Below are positions 30,128 through 40,321 of a DNA stretch of 64,000 nucleotides, in pieces. Source of the stretch: Cyanobacteriota bacterium (GTDB taxonomy: Bacteria > Cyanobacteriota > Cyanobacteriia > Cyanobacteriales > Nostocaceae); assembly GCA_046045965.1 (NCBI GenBank), contig JBJOKS010000015.1:32001-96000 (forward strand). Reading direction: 5' to 3'. The notes beneath the pieces are model-generated. The model saw nothing but the letters and a program-made list of their open reading frames with translations, ran no database searches and was not told where the DNA came from. The first letter of the stretch is position 1; the number at the start of each line of letters is the position of its first letter. The position numbers were made by a program, and so were the translations under genes.

Positions 30128-32278
30128 ATGAAACTCCAATTTGTTAAACAGCACAGTGCAGAAGACTGTGGTGCAGCTTGTTTAGCTGCGATCGCTAAAT
30201 ATTACGGTCATACATTTACCCTCACCCGCATTCGTGAAGCCGTCGGAACTGGACAAACTGGAACTACATTATTAGGCTTAAGAAGAGGTGCAGAAAGCCT
30301 TGGTTTTAAAGCTAACCCAGTCAAAACATCACCAGAAGTTCTTGACAGAATGAACGAAGCACCCTTACCAGCAATTATTCACTGGAAAGGAAATCATTGG
30401 GTTGTTTTATACGGTAAAAAAGGCAAAAATTATCTGATTGCAGATCCCGCAGTCGGGGTGCGATATCTTTCTAAAAAAGACTTAATTGATGGTTGGAAAG
30501 ATTGGTTAATTCTCTTACTAGAACCAGACCCCATCCGCTTTTTTGAACAAGAAAGTGATAAAACTGGAGGTTTTTGGCGTTTCTTTAGACGAGTTTGGAT
30601 TTATCGCGCTATTTTAGTCCAAGCTTTACCTCTCAATTTAGTCTTGGGTTTACTATCTTTAGCTTCTCCTTTTTTACTGCAAATTCTCACCGACGATGTG
30701 CTAGTTAGAGGTGACACCAAATTACTCACTACTGTAGCTATTTCTGTAGTAGTAATGAATTTTGTTTCTAATAGCCTTTCATTTGTTCAATCTAACTTAA
30801 TTGCTCATTTTGCTCAACGCCTACAATTAGGGTTAGTTTTAGATTTTGGTCGGCAAATTCTCCGCTTACCTTTAAGTTATTACGAAGCTCGACGTAGTGG
30901 TGAAATCGTTAGCCGCTTGCAAGATATTCAGCAAATTAATCAATTAGTTACCAAATTAGTCGTTAGTCTACCCAGCCGATTTTTTATAGCCTTAATTTCT
31001 CTGGGTTTCATGCTTTTTTATAGTTGGAAGCTGACCACAGTAGCTTTAATCATTTCTGCGGTAATGACCTTATCTACTATTGTCTTTCAGCCGACTTTAC
31101 AACGAAAAACTCGTGAGCTTTTAGTACAAGATGCAGAAAATCAAGGTGTTTTAGTTGAAACATTTAAAGGTGCATTAACCCTCAAAACAACTACAGCAGC
31201 ACCACAGTTTTGGGATGAATTAGAAAGCCGTTTTGGTCGTCTGGCTAATCTCACATATCGAACCATGCAAATTGGCATTATTAATAATACCTTTTCTGGT
31301 TTTGTTTCTGGTATTGGTGGAGTTATTTTACTGTGGTTTGGTGGCTATTTAGTGATTGAACCGACTGAAAATCTCAGCATCGGAAAGTTACTTGCATTTA
31401 ACTCAATGAACGGTAACTTCTTGGGTTTAATTGGTACTATCATCAGCTTTGTGGAAGAATTTACGCGTGCGAAAACTTCTGTACAACGTCTGACAGAAGT
31501 TATTGATGCTACTCCAGAAAATGAAGGAGATGGTAAAAAGCCTTTTGCTAAAATTCCCGAAAATGCTGACATTTGTTGTACAAACATTAACTTTCATTAT
31601 GCAGGTAGAATTGACCTTTTAGAAGATTTTTCTTTAACAATTCCCGGTGGTCAAGTTGTGGCTTTAATTGGTAAATCTGGATGTGGTAAAAGTAGCCTTG
31701 CTAAATTAATAGCTGGATTATATACTCTCCAATCTGGAAATATCCGCATTGGACTTTATAACCTCACAGACCTTTCTCTAGAAAGTCTACGTCAACAGGT
31801 AGTTCTTGTTCCTCAAGACGCTCATTTTTGGAGTCGTTCTATTGTTGAAAATTTCCGTTTAGGAGCGCCCTACGTCACATTTGAGCAAATTGTCAGAGCT
31901 TGTCAAATTTCTGGTGCTGATGAATTTATCAGTAAACTTCCAGAAAAATATCAAACTATTTTAGGTGAATTTGGGGCTAATATTTCTGGTGGTCAACGTC
32001 AAAGATTAGCTATAGCTAGAGCTATTATTACAGAGCCACCAATTTTGATTTTGGATGAATCTACAGGGGGACTTGATCCTGTAAGTGAAGCGGAAGTTTT
32101 GGATCAATTATTTCAACATCGTCAGGGTAAAACAACAATTTTAATTACTCATCGTCCCAAGGTAATTAATCGTGCTGATTGGATTGTTTTGCTAGATCAG
32201 GGAAGGTTAAAAATACAAGGTTCTTTAGAAGATTTAAAAACTAAACCTGGGGAACATTTAGATTTTTTAATTCCCTAA
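30128..32278 (+). CDS. Peptidase C39-containing ABC transporter (PCAT)
   Basis: QHSAEDCGAACL (catalytic Cys), NHWVV (His), IADP (Asp); TM domain; GKSGCGKS, ISGGQRQR and ILDE motifs. Confidence 0.95.
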   Translation: MKLQFVKQHSAEDCGAACLAAIAKYYGHTFTLTRIREAVGTGQTGTTLLGLRRGAESLGFKANPVKTSPEVLDRMNEAPLPAIIHWKGNHWVVLYGKKGKNYLIADPAVGVRYLSKKDLIDGWKDWLILLLEPDPIRFFEQESDKTGGFWRFFRRVWIYRAILVQALPLNLVLGLLSLASPFLLQILTDDVLVRGDTKLLTTVAISVVVMNFVSNSLSFVQSNLIAHFAQRLQLGLVLDFGRQILRLPLSYYEARRSGEIVSRLQDIQQINQLVTKLVVSLPSRFFIALISLGFMLFYSWKLTTVALIISAVMTLSTIVFQPTLQRKTRELLVQDAENQGVLVETFKGALTLKTTTAAPQFWDELESRFGRLANLTYRTMQIGIINNTFSGFVSGIGGVILLWFGGYLVIEPTENLSIGKLLAFNSMNGNFLGLIGTIISFVEEFTRAKTSVQRLTEVIDATPENEGDGKKPFAKIPENADICCTNINFHYAGRIDLLEDFSLTIPGGQVVALIGKSGCGKSSLAKLIAGLYTLQSGNIRIGLYNLTDLSLESLRQQVVLVPQDAHFWSRSIVENFRLGAPYVTFEQIVRACQISGADEFISKLPEKYQTILGEFGANISGGQRQRLAIARAIITEPPILILDESTGGLDPVSEAEVLDQLFQHRQGKTTILITHRPKVINRADWIVLLDQGRLKIQGSLEDLKTKPGEHLDFLIP

Positions 32279-32313
32279 TTCCCTAATTAATTATTGAGAA
32301 TTATCAGGTAATT

Positions 32314-33708
32314 ATGCTCTACACTCATAATCAAAAAATTATCTCTTCAGTGGAAAATGATGAGTTTCTACCTCCTATTAGTCGTTGGACTTCTTTAGCG
32401 GGAATATTTCTTATCGGTACTGTTGCTACTGGTATTACCCTCTCTTCATGGGTTAAATATAATGTCACCGTCAAAGCTGATGCTATTGTTCGTCCTACAG
32501 GAGAAATTCGTGTGGTACAACCGGAAATGGAAGGAACTATTAAAAGTATTTTGGTGCAAGAAAATCAGGTTGTGAAAATGGGTGATGTAATTGCCCATCT
32601 GGATAATAATCAATTGCTGATCCAAAAAAGCCAAGTGCAAGGTAATATCCAACAAGGTAACTTACAAATAATTCAAATTGATGCCCAAATCCGTATTTTA
32701 GCTAATCAAATTTTTGCTGAAAAACAAGTTATAGAAAACGCTGTTGCTTCGGCAAAAGCTGATTTGTTACGCAACCAACGGGAATATCAAGAACGGCAAA
32801 TTAATACCCAAAATGAATTCCTGACAACTGAAGCAGGTTTGCAAAAAGCTAAGACGGATTTACAAAAAGCTCAAGCTGATTTAGAATTTGCCAAAATGGA
32901 TCGCGATCGCTATGAACAATTATCAGAAATTGGTGCAATTGGTAGACGAGAATTTGAGCAGAAACAATTGGTTGTCCAGCAGACAGAATTAACACTACAA
33001 GCACAACAAAAATCTTTTGAAATAGCAAAAATTCAAGTAAAATCAGCTAAAGCTGCGGTGAACCCAACTACAGCAATGGTGATGATAGCACAAGAAAGAA
33101 TTGCCCAAGAAACTGCTAAAGGTAAAGCTAATATTGCTAGTCTCAATAAAGAAAGACAAGCATTAATGGAGCGTCGAGTGCAATTACAAAACCAGATTCA
33201 GCAATCTCAAAAAGAACTAAAAAAAATAGAAAATCAACTCAAAAAGAGCATCATTCTTGCTAGTAGTAACGGTATTATCCAGAAGCTTAATTTACGCAAC
33301 CCTGGTCAAGTAGTACGTGCTAGTGAATCTATTGCTGAGATTGTTCCTAATAATGCTCCTCTAGTCATTAAAGCGATGATTCCTACGGCGGAAATTACAA
33401 AAATTGCTGTTGATCAAAAAGTTGATTTGCGGGTTGATTCTTGTCCTTATCCTGATTATGGCACACTTAAAGGAGTTGTTAAAAGTATTTCTCCTGATGT
33501 CATTACTAACCAAAGTAATACTACAGCTATAGCAACATCTAATAGTTATTTTGAAGCAACTATTCAACCGGAAACTATTCAATTTGGTAATAGTAATCAC
33601 CAATGTTTTATTCAATCAGGAATGCAAGCAAAAGCTGACATTATTTCCAGAGAAGAGACAGCACTAAGATTTATGCTGAGGAAAGCAAGATTAATTACTG
33701 ACTTATAA
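32314..33708 (+). CDS. HlyD-family membrane fusion protein
   Basis: N-terminal TM, long coiled coil, CPYPDYGTLKG and GMQAKADII motifs. Confidence 0.92.
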   Translation: MLYTHNQKIISSVENDEFLPPISRWTSLAGIFLIGTVATGITLSSWVKYNVTVKADAIVRPTGEIRVVQPEMEGTIKSILVQENQVVKMGDVIAHLDNNQLLIQKSQVQGNIQQGNLQIIQIDAQIRILANQIFAEKQVIENAVASAKADLLRNQREYQERQINTQNEFLTTEAGLQKAKTDLQKAQADLEFAKMDRDRYEQLSEIGAIGRREFEQKQLVVQQTELTLQAQQKSFEIAKIQVKSAKAAVNPTTAMVMIAQERIAQETAKGKANIASLNKERQALMERRVQLQNQIQQSQKELKKIENQLKKSIILASSNGIIQKLNLRNPGQVVRASESIAEIVPNNAPLVIKAMIPTAEITKIAVDQKVDLRVDSCPYPDYGTLKGVVKSISPDVITNQSNTTAIATSNSYFEATIQPETIQFGNSNHQCFIQSGMQAKADIISREETALRFMLRKARLITDL

Positions 33709-33876
33709 GTGGGTACAGTTAAGCTGAAAATGCAAATTTTTTGATGTTGGGTTGCACTTCATTTAACCCAACTTTCTAAGTTGTATCATATATTGTATCA
33801 CCAGCATATTCTCGCATATTTATATAAAAATATAAATACCCCCATAGAAATTCAAGTCATAAAAATTGTCAAGTTT

Positions 33877-34518
33877 ATGACCTATCATCAAAAAATTCAA
33901 CAAGCATTACAGTGGTGGTCTTATAGACAATCAATAAAACTTTTCTGGGAAGCCGAAAAAATCCGGGATGGATTATTACAAGAATCTTTCATCATCCGTC
34001 GCAGCTTAGATGTATTAAAAATAGATCATCTGAATTTATCAATTTATCCAATTTCCGAGTACATCAAAAAATTTGATAATTTTCATCACTCTTTAGTTCA
34101 ATTGAGCGATCGCTTATGTCCAGTGTATATTCAAGATAGTTTGCCCTTATCTATTCAGTGCTTACTAGCTCCTTGGTTAGCATCTCATCCCCATCTCACA
34201 ATTCATTTTGATCTACCAGTCTCCTGGAGACACGAACCAGTAGAATGTAGCCTCATAATTTTAAGAGCTTTAGAGGAATTACTGACCATAACTTTGCCAC
34301 AATTTTCTACACCTACTTCCATTTCTATCAAATTAACCCGCAAAGAAAATACAAAACAATTAATTGTAAAAATTACTTATCCTGATATATCTACCCTGCT
34401 CTTTTACTCCAATTTACCAGAATTAAAATATCTCAGTCATAGCTTTGAATATTTATTGTCTGGTCAATGCTTTTACAACAGTAGTAATCACAGGATAGCT
34501 TGTTATTTTTGTTGGTAA
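33877..34518 (+). CDS. Degenerate histidine-kinase-like protein (no phospho-accepting His)
   Basis: EAEKIRDGLLQ resembles a HisKA_3 H-box with Arg at the His position; eroded HATPase region (RALEELL). Confidence 0.55.
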   Translation: MTYHQKIQQALQWWSYRQSIKLFWEAEKIRDGLLQESFIIRRSLDVLKIDHLNLSIYPISEYIKKFDNFHHSLVQLSDRLCPVYIQDSLPLSIQCLLAPWLASHPHLTIHFDLPVSWRHEPVECSLIILRALEELLTITLPQFSTPTSISIKLTRKENTKQLIVKITYPDISTLLFYSNLPELKYLSHSFEYLLSGQCFYNSSNHRIACYFCW

Positions 34519-34648
34519 TTGTTATTATATGACCAATATTTTCACCACAACTCAGTATAAATATATGGGGTAAGGGTGGCATACCTCATAGCAAACCAAC
34601 CAACATAAATACAATTTAGAAAAAGCTAACTATGATTCATTATTAAAT

Positions 34649-35326
34649 ATGGAACAAATTTTATCAGCGAATAAATTCCTGAAAGTTTTGGTAATTGATG
34701 ATCACGAATCAGTATTAAGCGGAACCGTTGATATCCTCAGAAAAAACTATCCTAATGCTGAATTTATGACAGCTATTAATGTCAATAATACTCTGGAAAT
34801 AGTTACTAGCATTCAGCCTGATTTGATCGTCATGGATCTTTCAATTCCTGAAACAGTAGGCATGACTGCCCGACCTGATAACGGTATTCAGCTGCTCAAA
34901 ATTTTGATGAAAAAATATCCCAATTTGAATATAGTAGTTCAAAGCGCCCATGCCAGGACATTGGTACGTATTCGATTGGATATTGATAGTCATAAAGGAG
35001 GCTTTACCATTGCTGATAAAAGTCTTTCTACCCAGGAAATGTTAACAAGAGTTGATTGGGCTTTACAGGGATTAACTCATATAAAAGATATCAAAGGAAT
35101 TCACTCAGGATTAGAGGTAAAATCAGAATGGTTAAAGGTATTGTATCTAGCATTTGAAAAAGGATTACAAGATAAAGCAATTGCTGAAGAAATGTGTGTA
35201 TCTGAACGCATGGTACGTCATTATTGGAGTAAATTACAAGATGCCTTAAATGTTTATCCAGAAGAAGGTAAAAATATCCGCATTCAAACACAAATGCAAG
35301 CTAGAGCAGAAGGCTTGATTGATTAA
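34649..35326 (+). CDS. NarL/LuxR-type response regulator
   Basis: REC domain (VIDDH, VMDL, DKS) plus HTH GLQDKAIAEEMCVSERMVRHYW. Confidence 0.9.
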   Translation: MEQILSANKFLKVLVIDDHESVLSGTVDILRKNYPNAEFMTAINVNNTLEIVTSIQPDLIVMDLSIPETVGMTARPDNGIQLLKILMKKYPNLNIVVQSAHARTLVRIRLDIDSHKGGFTIADKSLSTQEMLTRVDWALQGLTHIKDIKGIHSGLEVKSEWLKVLYLAFEKGLQDKAIAEEMCVSERMVRHYWSKLQDALNVYPEEGKNIRIQTQMQARAEGLID

Positions 35327-35384
35327 TAAATTCAATTAATTACCAATTTTAAATAAATCATTATCCAGACTGGAGCCAAAGCTT

Positions 35385-36275
35385 ATGCAGTCTAAAATTA
35401 GGATGAAAATTAAATCAGCATGGCAAGATATCTGGATGTTAAATACATATCCAGTCACAAATATTGTAGTTATTGGTATTGCGTTCTCTAACCTAGTGAG
35501 TGCTAGTTATGTCCTATTAACCTGGGGTTGCGTAACTCCAAAATTTTCAGCAATTTTAGTTTTGGCTGTAAATGCTATAGCCATTACCGCATTATTTCAC
35601 TATAGACAAACAGTGAAGTCAGGAATTAAAGCTAGAAAAGCGATCATTGAAATTGCATTTGAGACAATTCATAATGGTCCACTACAAAGCCTCGATAGAG
35701 TTTTGAGACTGGTGAGAGGACAAGACATATCAATTAAGAAATTAATCCCAGAATTAGAACCAGAACTTGAACAATTAAACCAAGAATTACGGGGAATTTA
35801 TGAATTTTGGCAACAAGAAAACCTAATGCAAGAAGTAAACCTTTACTTAGGAAACAATATAATTATCAATTTACAATATCCCCTCCATGAAATTCTCTAT
35901 CAAGTTTATAGTCACACCTTAGAACGAGAGTTTCCCTGCTTTAAAACTATCAAGTTGAAGATTCGTAGTTTTGAAATTGTAGATGAAAGCAATTTAACTC
36001 TTGAAGCAAAACGCGGAATATGCAGATTTTTGGAAGAAGCATTGTGTAATGTGGGTAAATATGCTACAGGAGTAACCTGCCTCAAAGTTACCTGTTCTTT
36101 ATCTATGGGTTGGTACACACTGAGTATAGTAGATGATGGCTTAGGCGTTAACTCCGCCAAGGAAGGCCGGGGAACAAAACAGTTTAAAAATTTAGCACGA
36201 CAAATTCAAGGTAAATTTCAACGAATTCCTATTTATCCTCAAGGAACTATTTGTGAATTATCTTGGCCTGGATGA
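35385..36275 (+). CDS. Membrane histidine kinase (HisKA_3-like) with no evident sensor domain
   Basis: Two short TM segments, FETIHNGPLQ H-box, EEALCNVGKYA N-box, DDGLG and GRG boxes. Confidence 0.75.
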   Translation: MQSKIRMKIKSAWQDIWMLNTYPVTNIVVIGIAFSNLVSASYVLLTWGCVTPKFSAILVLAVNAIAITALFHYRQTVKSGIKARKAIIEIAFETIHNGPLQSLDRVLRLVRGQDISIKKLIPELEPELEQLNQELRGIYEFWQQENLMQEVNLYLGNNIIINLQYPLHEILYQVYSHTLEREFPCFKTIKLKIRSFEIVDESNLTLEAKRGICRFLEEALCNVGKYATGVTCLKVTCSLSMGWYTLSIVDDGLGVNSAKEGRGTKQFKNLARQIQGKFQRIPIYPQGTICELSWPG

Positions 36276-36353
36276 CTTGTAAGCTATCATAGATAAATCA
36301 TTAAAAGAATGAAGAATTTAGAATTTAGAATGTAGAATAGGCTAAAAAACGCT

Positions 36354-37298
36354 GTGCAGATAACATTTTTAGGAACAAGTTCTGGTGTACCTACAAGATC
36401 ACGTAATGTTTCCAGTGTGGCACTGAGATTACCACAACGGGCAGAACTGTGGCTGTTTGACTGTGGTGAAGGTACACAGCATCAAATCTTGCGGAGTGAC
36501 CTAAAAATTAGCCAACTCTCCCGAATTTTTATCACCCATCTCCACGGGGATCATATCTTTGGCTTGATGGGACTTTTGGCCAGTTGTGGTTTAGCTGGTA
36601 ATGTACAACGAGTTGATATTTATGGTCCTTCTGGGTTAAATGAATACCTGCAAGCCGCTTCACGTTACTCTCACACCCACTTTTCCTACCCCATAAAAGT
36701 ACATACGGTCCATCCAGGGGTAATTTACGAAGATGATGAATTTATTGTTAGTTGTGGTTTGCTGCATCACCGCATTACAGCTTTCGGTTATCGTGTAGAG
36801 GAAAAAGACCGCACTGGACGCTTTGATGTGGAACAAGCCAAAGCTTTACAAATTCCCTCCGGTCCTATTTATGGTCAACTCAAACGCGGTGAAACCGTTA
36901 CCCTGGCAGATGGACGGGTGATTGATGGTTCTCAGTTGTGCGGTCCGACAGAAATTGGCCGCAAGTTTGCCTATTGTACAGATACAGTTTATTGTGACGG
37001 TGCTGTACAACTAGCGCAGGATGCAGATGTCTTAATTCATGAAGCTACATTTGCCCATCAAGATGCGGATATGGCTTTTCAAAGATTGCATTCTACCAGC
37101 ACAATGGCGGCACAAACAGCTTATGCAGCTGGAGTAAATCAATTAATTATGACTCATTTTAGCCCCCGCTACACCCCAGGTAATGCAATTGAGTTAAAAG
37201 ATTTACTTCGAGAAGCCCGTGCTATTTTTCCTAAAACTATTATGGCTCAGGATTTTATGGTTTACGATGTACCTAGACGACGGGAAGTTAAGTCATAA
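36354..37298 (+). CDS. rnz: Ribonuclease Z
   Basis: [29 protein letters not shown] and THFSPRY motifs. Confidence 0.96.
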   Translation: MQITFLGTSSGVPTRSRNVSSVALRLPQRAELWLFDCGEGTQHQILRSDLKISQLSRIFITHLHGDHIFGLMGLLASCGLAGNVQRVDIYGPSGLNEYLQAASRYSHTHFSYPIKVHTVHPGVIYEDDEFIVSCGLLHHRITAFGYRVEEKDRTGRFDVEQAKALQIPSGPIYGQLKRGETVTLADGRVIDGSQLCGPTEIGRKFAYCTDTVYCDGAVQLAQDADVLIHEATFAHQDADMAFQRLHSTSTMAAQTAYAAGVNQLIMTHFSPRYTPGNAIELKDLLREARAIFPKTIMAQDFMVYDVPRRREVKS

Positions 37299-37967
37299 TT
37301 CATAATGTTTTATCTTGTTCCTAGTCTCCCACAGAGGTGTCATTTTCAATTTTCATAAGCATAAGTAAAATTCATATTTATTGGTTAAGTATTTTAATAT
37401 TTATAATTTATCGACATTTAAAATTAAATTTTATTAAAAATTAATTGAGAATTATTTTTATTAATTAACGAGCTTGCAATACTTTCAGCGATTTGCTATA
37501 ATTTATTAAATTTTCATAATTGGGTTTTTATTTTCAAATTTGCATATGTTGAAAATGATGATTCTCAAACCCTTTATTTATGGTCGTTTCAGAAATCAAT
37601 ACCCAAAAATAATATAAAACTTTACAAATTTCCAGCGATTTGAGAGAGCAATTTTAAAAAAAATTAATTGGCAGAAAAAATCAACTATTGACACATAAGC
37701 TGATTTATGGTATGAGAGCAGGTTTTTTCTAGTAGCTAGGGTAGGGGTTTAGCATTGCTAAACCCTTACATACTTATATTTCTTCTCTTCTTTCTTCTCT
37801 TCTTTCTTCTCTTCTTCCTTCGTGTTCTATCCCTAACGGGACGCTACGCGAACGCGTCTTCGTGGTTTATTCAATCGGTATTCTTTGGGTGGGAAAGGAG
37901 TAATGCTGATGTAGAGACATTTCATACAACATCTCTACAATCTGCTTTACCTAAACGATACCAGAAT

Positions 37968-39722
37968 CTAGACTAAGGTAGTAGTAAAGTTACCAAGTCC
38001 CAGAGTGCCGGTTAAACCTGTCACCTCAATAATGGCATCAGCAGTGGCACTAAACCCAGCTGTAGCATTATTAATAGCCACAAAGGTACGGCTACCAAAG
38101 GTGAATTGAGCAGCAGAATTAGCTGCAAAATTAGCGGTGGTTAATTTGGCCGCAATGCCAGATGTATTAAGAGTTGCCACGGTTCCCACATTATTGAATC
38201 CGGATCTTGCAGTAGCAACAAGGAATAAATCATTACCAGCAGTAGCATTGAAATCAGTAATAATATCAAAGTTATTGAAGACAGAATCAGCTAATTTGCG
38301 GTAGTCAAAACGATCAACTCCCAAGCCTCCGGTGAGAGTATCTTTTCCAGTTCCCCCTGTTAATCTGTCATTACCAGCACCACCCGCGAGGGCATTGTTG
38401 CCATTGTTACCTATAATGACGTTATTGCCTGCGTTACCTGTAGCGTTAATTGCGGCTGTTCCTGTCAGAGTCAGGTTTTCAATGTTGGTTAGGGCAGCAA
38501 TACTAAAGGTGACACTAGATTGAATTGTATCTGTCCCTTGTCCAGAAAGTTCGGTAATGGTGTCAGTGGTGCTATTGACGATGTAAGTATCATTACCTAA
38601 ACCACCAATCAATGTATCAACACCCGCACCACCATTGAGGGTATCATTACCATTATTATCAGTAAGAATGTTATTACCACTGTTACCTGTAATGACGTTA
38701 TTGCCTGTGTTACCTGTACCGTTAATTGCGGTTGATCCGGTCAGAGTCAGGTTTTCGATGTTGGTTAGGGTGGCAATACTAAAGGTGACACTAGATTGAA
38801 TTGTATCTGTGCCTTGCCCGGAAAGTTCAATAATTGTGTCGTTGGTGCTATCAACAACATAGATATCATTGCCTAAACCACCAATTAATGTATCAACACC
38901 AGCACCACCAATTAATGTATCAACACCAGCACCACCATTCAGGGTGTCATTACCAGCACCACCATTCAGGGTGTTATTATTGAGAGTGCCATACAGAACA
39001 TAATTTGTCTCATTACCATAGCTGGAAAGAGTAAAATCACCAGTGGTAACTGTATAATCGCCCAAATCATTGATATACGTAAAAATTGGCGTATTTATTT
39101 CATCTAAAAGATAGGTTCTGTAGTATTCCAGGTTGAATTGAGCATCAGTAAAATCTATGGAACTCTTGTTATTCAACTGTACTAGAACTTCTGCGACACC
39201 AAAACCCCCCCTTAAATTTGCCCCTGCTAAGATGCCAGACAAGGAGATGGTGATTTCCTGTGTATATATTATTTTGTCTCCATTAGCATCTTTCTGGAAG
39301 TCAGTACGGGCATCATTTAATTTAAAATATTTTACTGTTTTTGATCCTTGGTTAGCAGAATTAGAGAGATAGGTATCAATAGAGGTTATGCCATTTTCAC
39401 TCAGACTAAAATTGATATAGCCATAATTCGTGTAAAAAGCTTCTCGAATTGCTGTTTCCTGAGCAGCAGGGTTTGTAGTCCAAGAATTGAGGCTAGTTAC
39501 TCCATTTTTGCCTGTCCAAGTGCCATTAAAAACTCCGTCAAACAGGCTACCATCGCTATTGTAATAATCCAGGTCTACAAATAGTATTTCTGTGAACTGG
39601 TATTTCCCTGTAGCATTAGTGTATGGGTTCTGGGTACTGTACTGTAGTGGATCTCCTGATGGTTTTCCTGATTCCCTTGTACCCAATGCTTCTAGGAATT
39701 GCTCGAAATTTCCCTTTGTCAT
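37968..39722 (-). CDS. RTX Ca2+-binding secreted protein with N-terminal lysozyme-like domain and C-terminal bluetail-like domain
   Basis: GGAGNDTL nonapeptide repeats, duplicated DTIQSSVTFS..NIENLTLTG blocks, N-terminal RESG...Y...N...ATGKYQF and C-terminal FDIITDF...TFVAINNATAGF. Confidence 0.8.
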   Translation of the reverse strand: MTKGNFEQFLEALGTRESGKPSGDPLQYSTQNPYTNATGKYQFTEILFVDLDYYNSDGSLFDGVFNGTWTGKNGVTSLNSWTTNPAAQETAIREAFYTNYGYINFSLSENGITSIDTYLSNSANQGSKTVKYFKLNDARTDFQKDANGDKIIYTQEITISLSGILAGANLRGGFGVAEVLVQLNNKSSIDFTDAQFNLEYYRTYLLDEINTPIFTYINDLGDYTVTTGDFTLSSYGNETNYVLYGTLNNNTLNGGAGNDTLNGGAGVDTLIGGAGVDTLIGGLGNDIYVVDSTNDTIIELSGQGTDTIQSSVTFSIATLTNIENLTLTGSTAINGTGNTGNNVITGNSGNNILTDNNGNDTLNGGAGVDTLIGGLGNDTYIVNSTTDTITELSGQGTDTIQSSVTFSIAALTNIENLTLTGTAAINATGNAGNNVIIGNNGNNALAGGAGNDRLTGGTGKDTLTGGLGVDRFDYRKLADSVFNNFDIITDFNATAGNDLFLVATARSGFNNVGTVATLNTSGIAAKLTTANFAANSAAQFTFGSRTFVAINNATAGFSATADAIIEVTGLTGTLGLGNFTTTLV

Positions 39723-39869
39723 GATGATGCTCCTTGAATGTGGTAAACAAAATTATCTGATTGCTGTTTCTACGCACTGCTAGTCACGTTACTTACCATT
39801 TACCCACCTTACCAAACTGCTAACCGAGTTCCGCTTAATATCCCCAAAAATACCCCCTTTTTAAGGGTA

Positions 39870-39994
39870 CTAGTACACTGCGGTGTAAGTGAATGAACCA
39901 TTTTCAATCTCCGAAAAGTCTATTCTGTCTTAATTTTGACTTTTGAATTTTGAATTTTGAATTTTGATTTTTGACTTTCGCAAAGCGGTACTAG
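39870..39994. mobile_element. MITE-like 125-bp element with CTAGTAC/GTACTAG termini and internal TTTTGAA tandem units
   Basis: Terminal inverted repeats with CTAG at both ends; appears to interrupt a CCCCCTTTTTAAGGG..CTAGGGGGG repeat. Confidence 0.6.
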
Positions 39995-40321
39995 GGGGGG
40001 TATAAAGATTTTTGATACATCACTAGCAACTTTTCAAACTTCCTCTTAATATATTTCATATTTATCCTTCATTAAATATTTAAAATTCTGATCAAGAGAT
40101 TTAGTATCATAGTGCTGATTGGACATATATCTGAATGAATTGATTATCTAAGAGCTATATCAGGATATGTTCTGTTAAGTAGTTCTATCAACCTGGAAAA
40201 AATAACTCTTATTGATTTAAGAGACAAATTTGAGTATAAATTATCTCCAAAATTTTATCTCAAAATTTTTGCTCATCATTATCTTCCAGATATATTATTT
40301 TGATAGTAGAGGGCTTTTATA

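Noticed and set aside
37330..37700. Very AT-rich stretch with GTGTCA...TGACAC ends, a possible MITE or IS remnant
   Set aside because: The terminal match is too short and there is no transposase trace or second copy in the window.
37755..37976. 73-aa hydrophobic ORF (LFFLLFFLL)
   Set aside because: Produced by a 12-nt pyrimidine tandem repeat plus a dispersed repeat.
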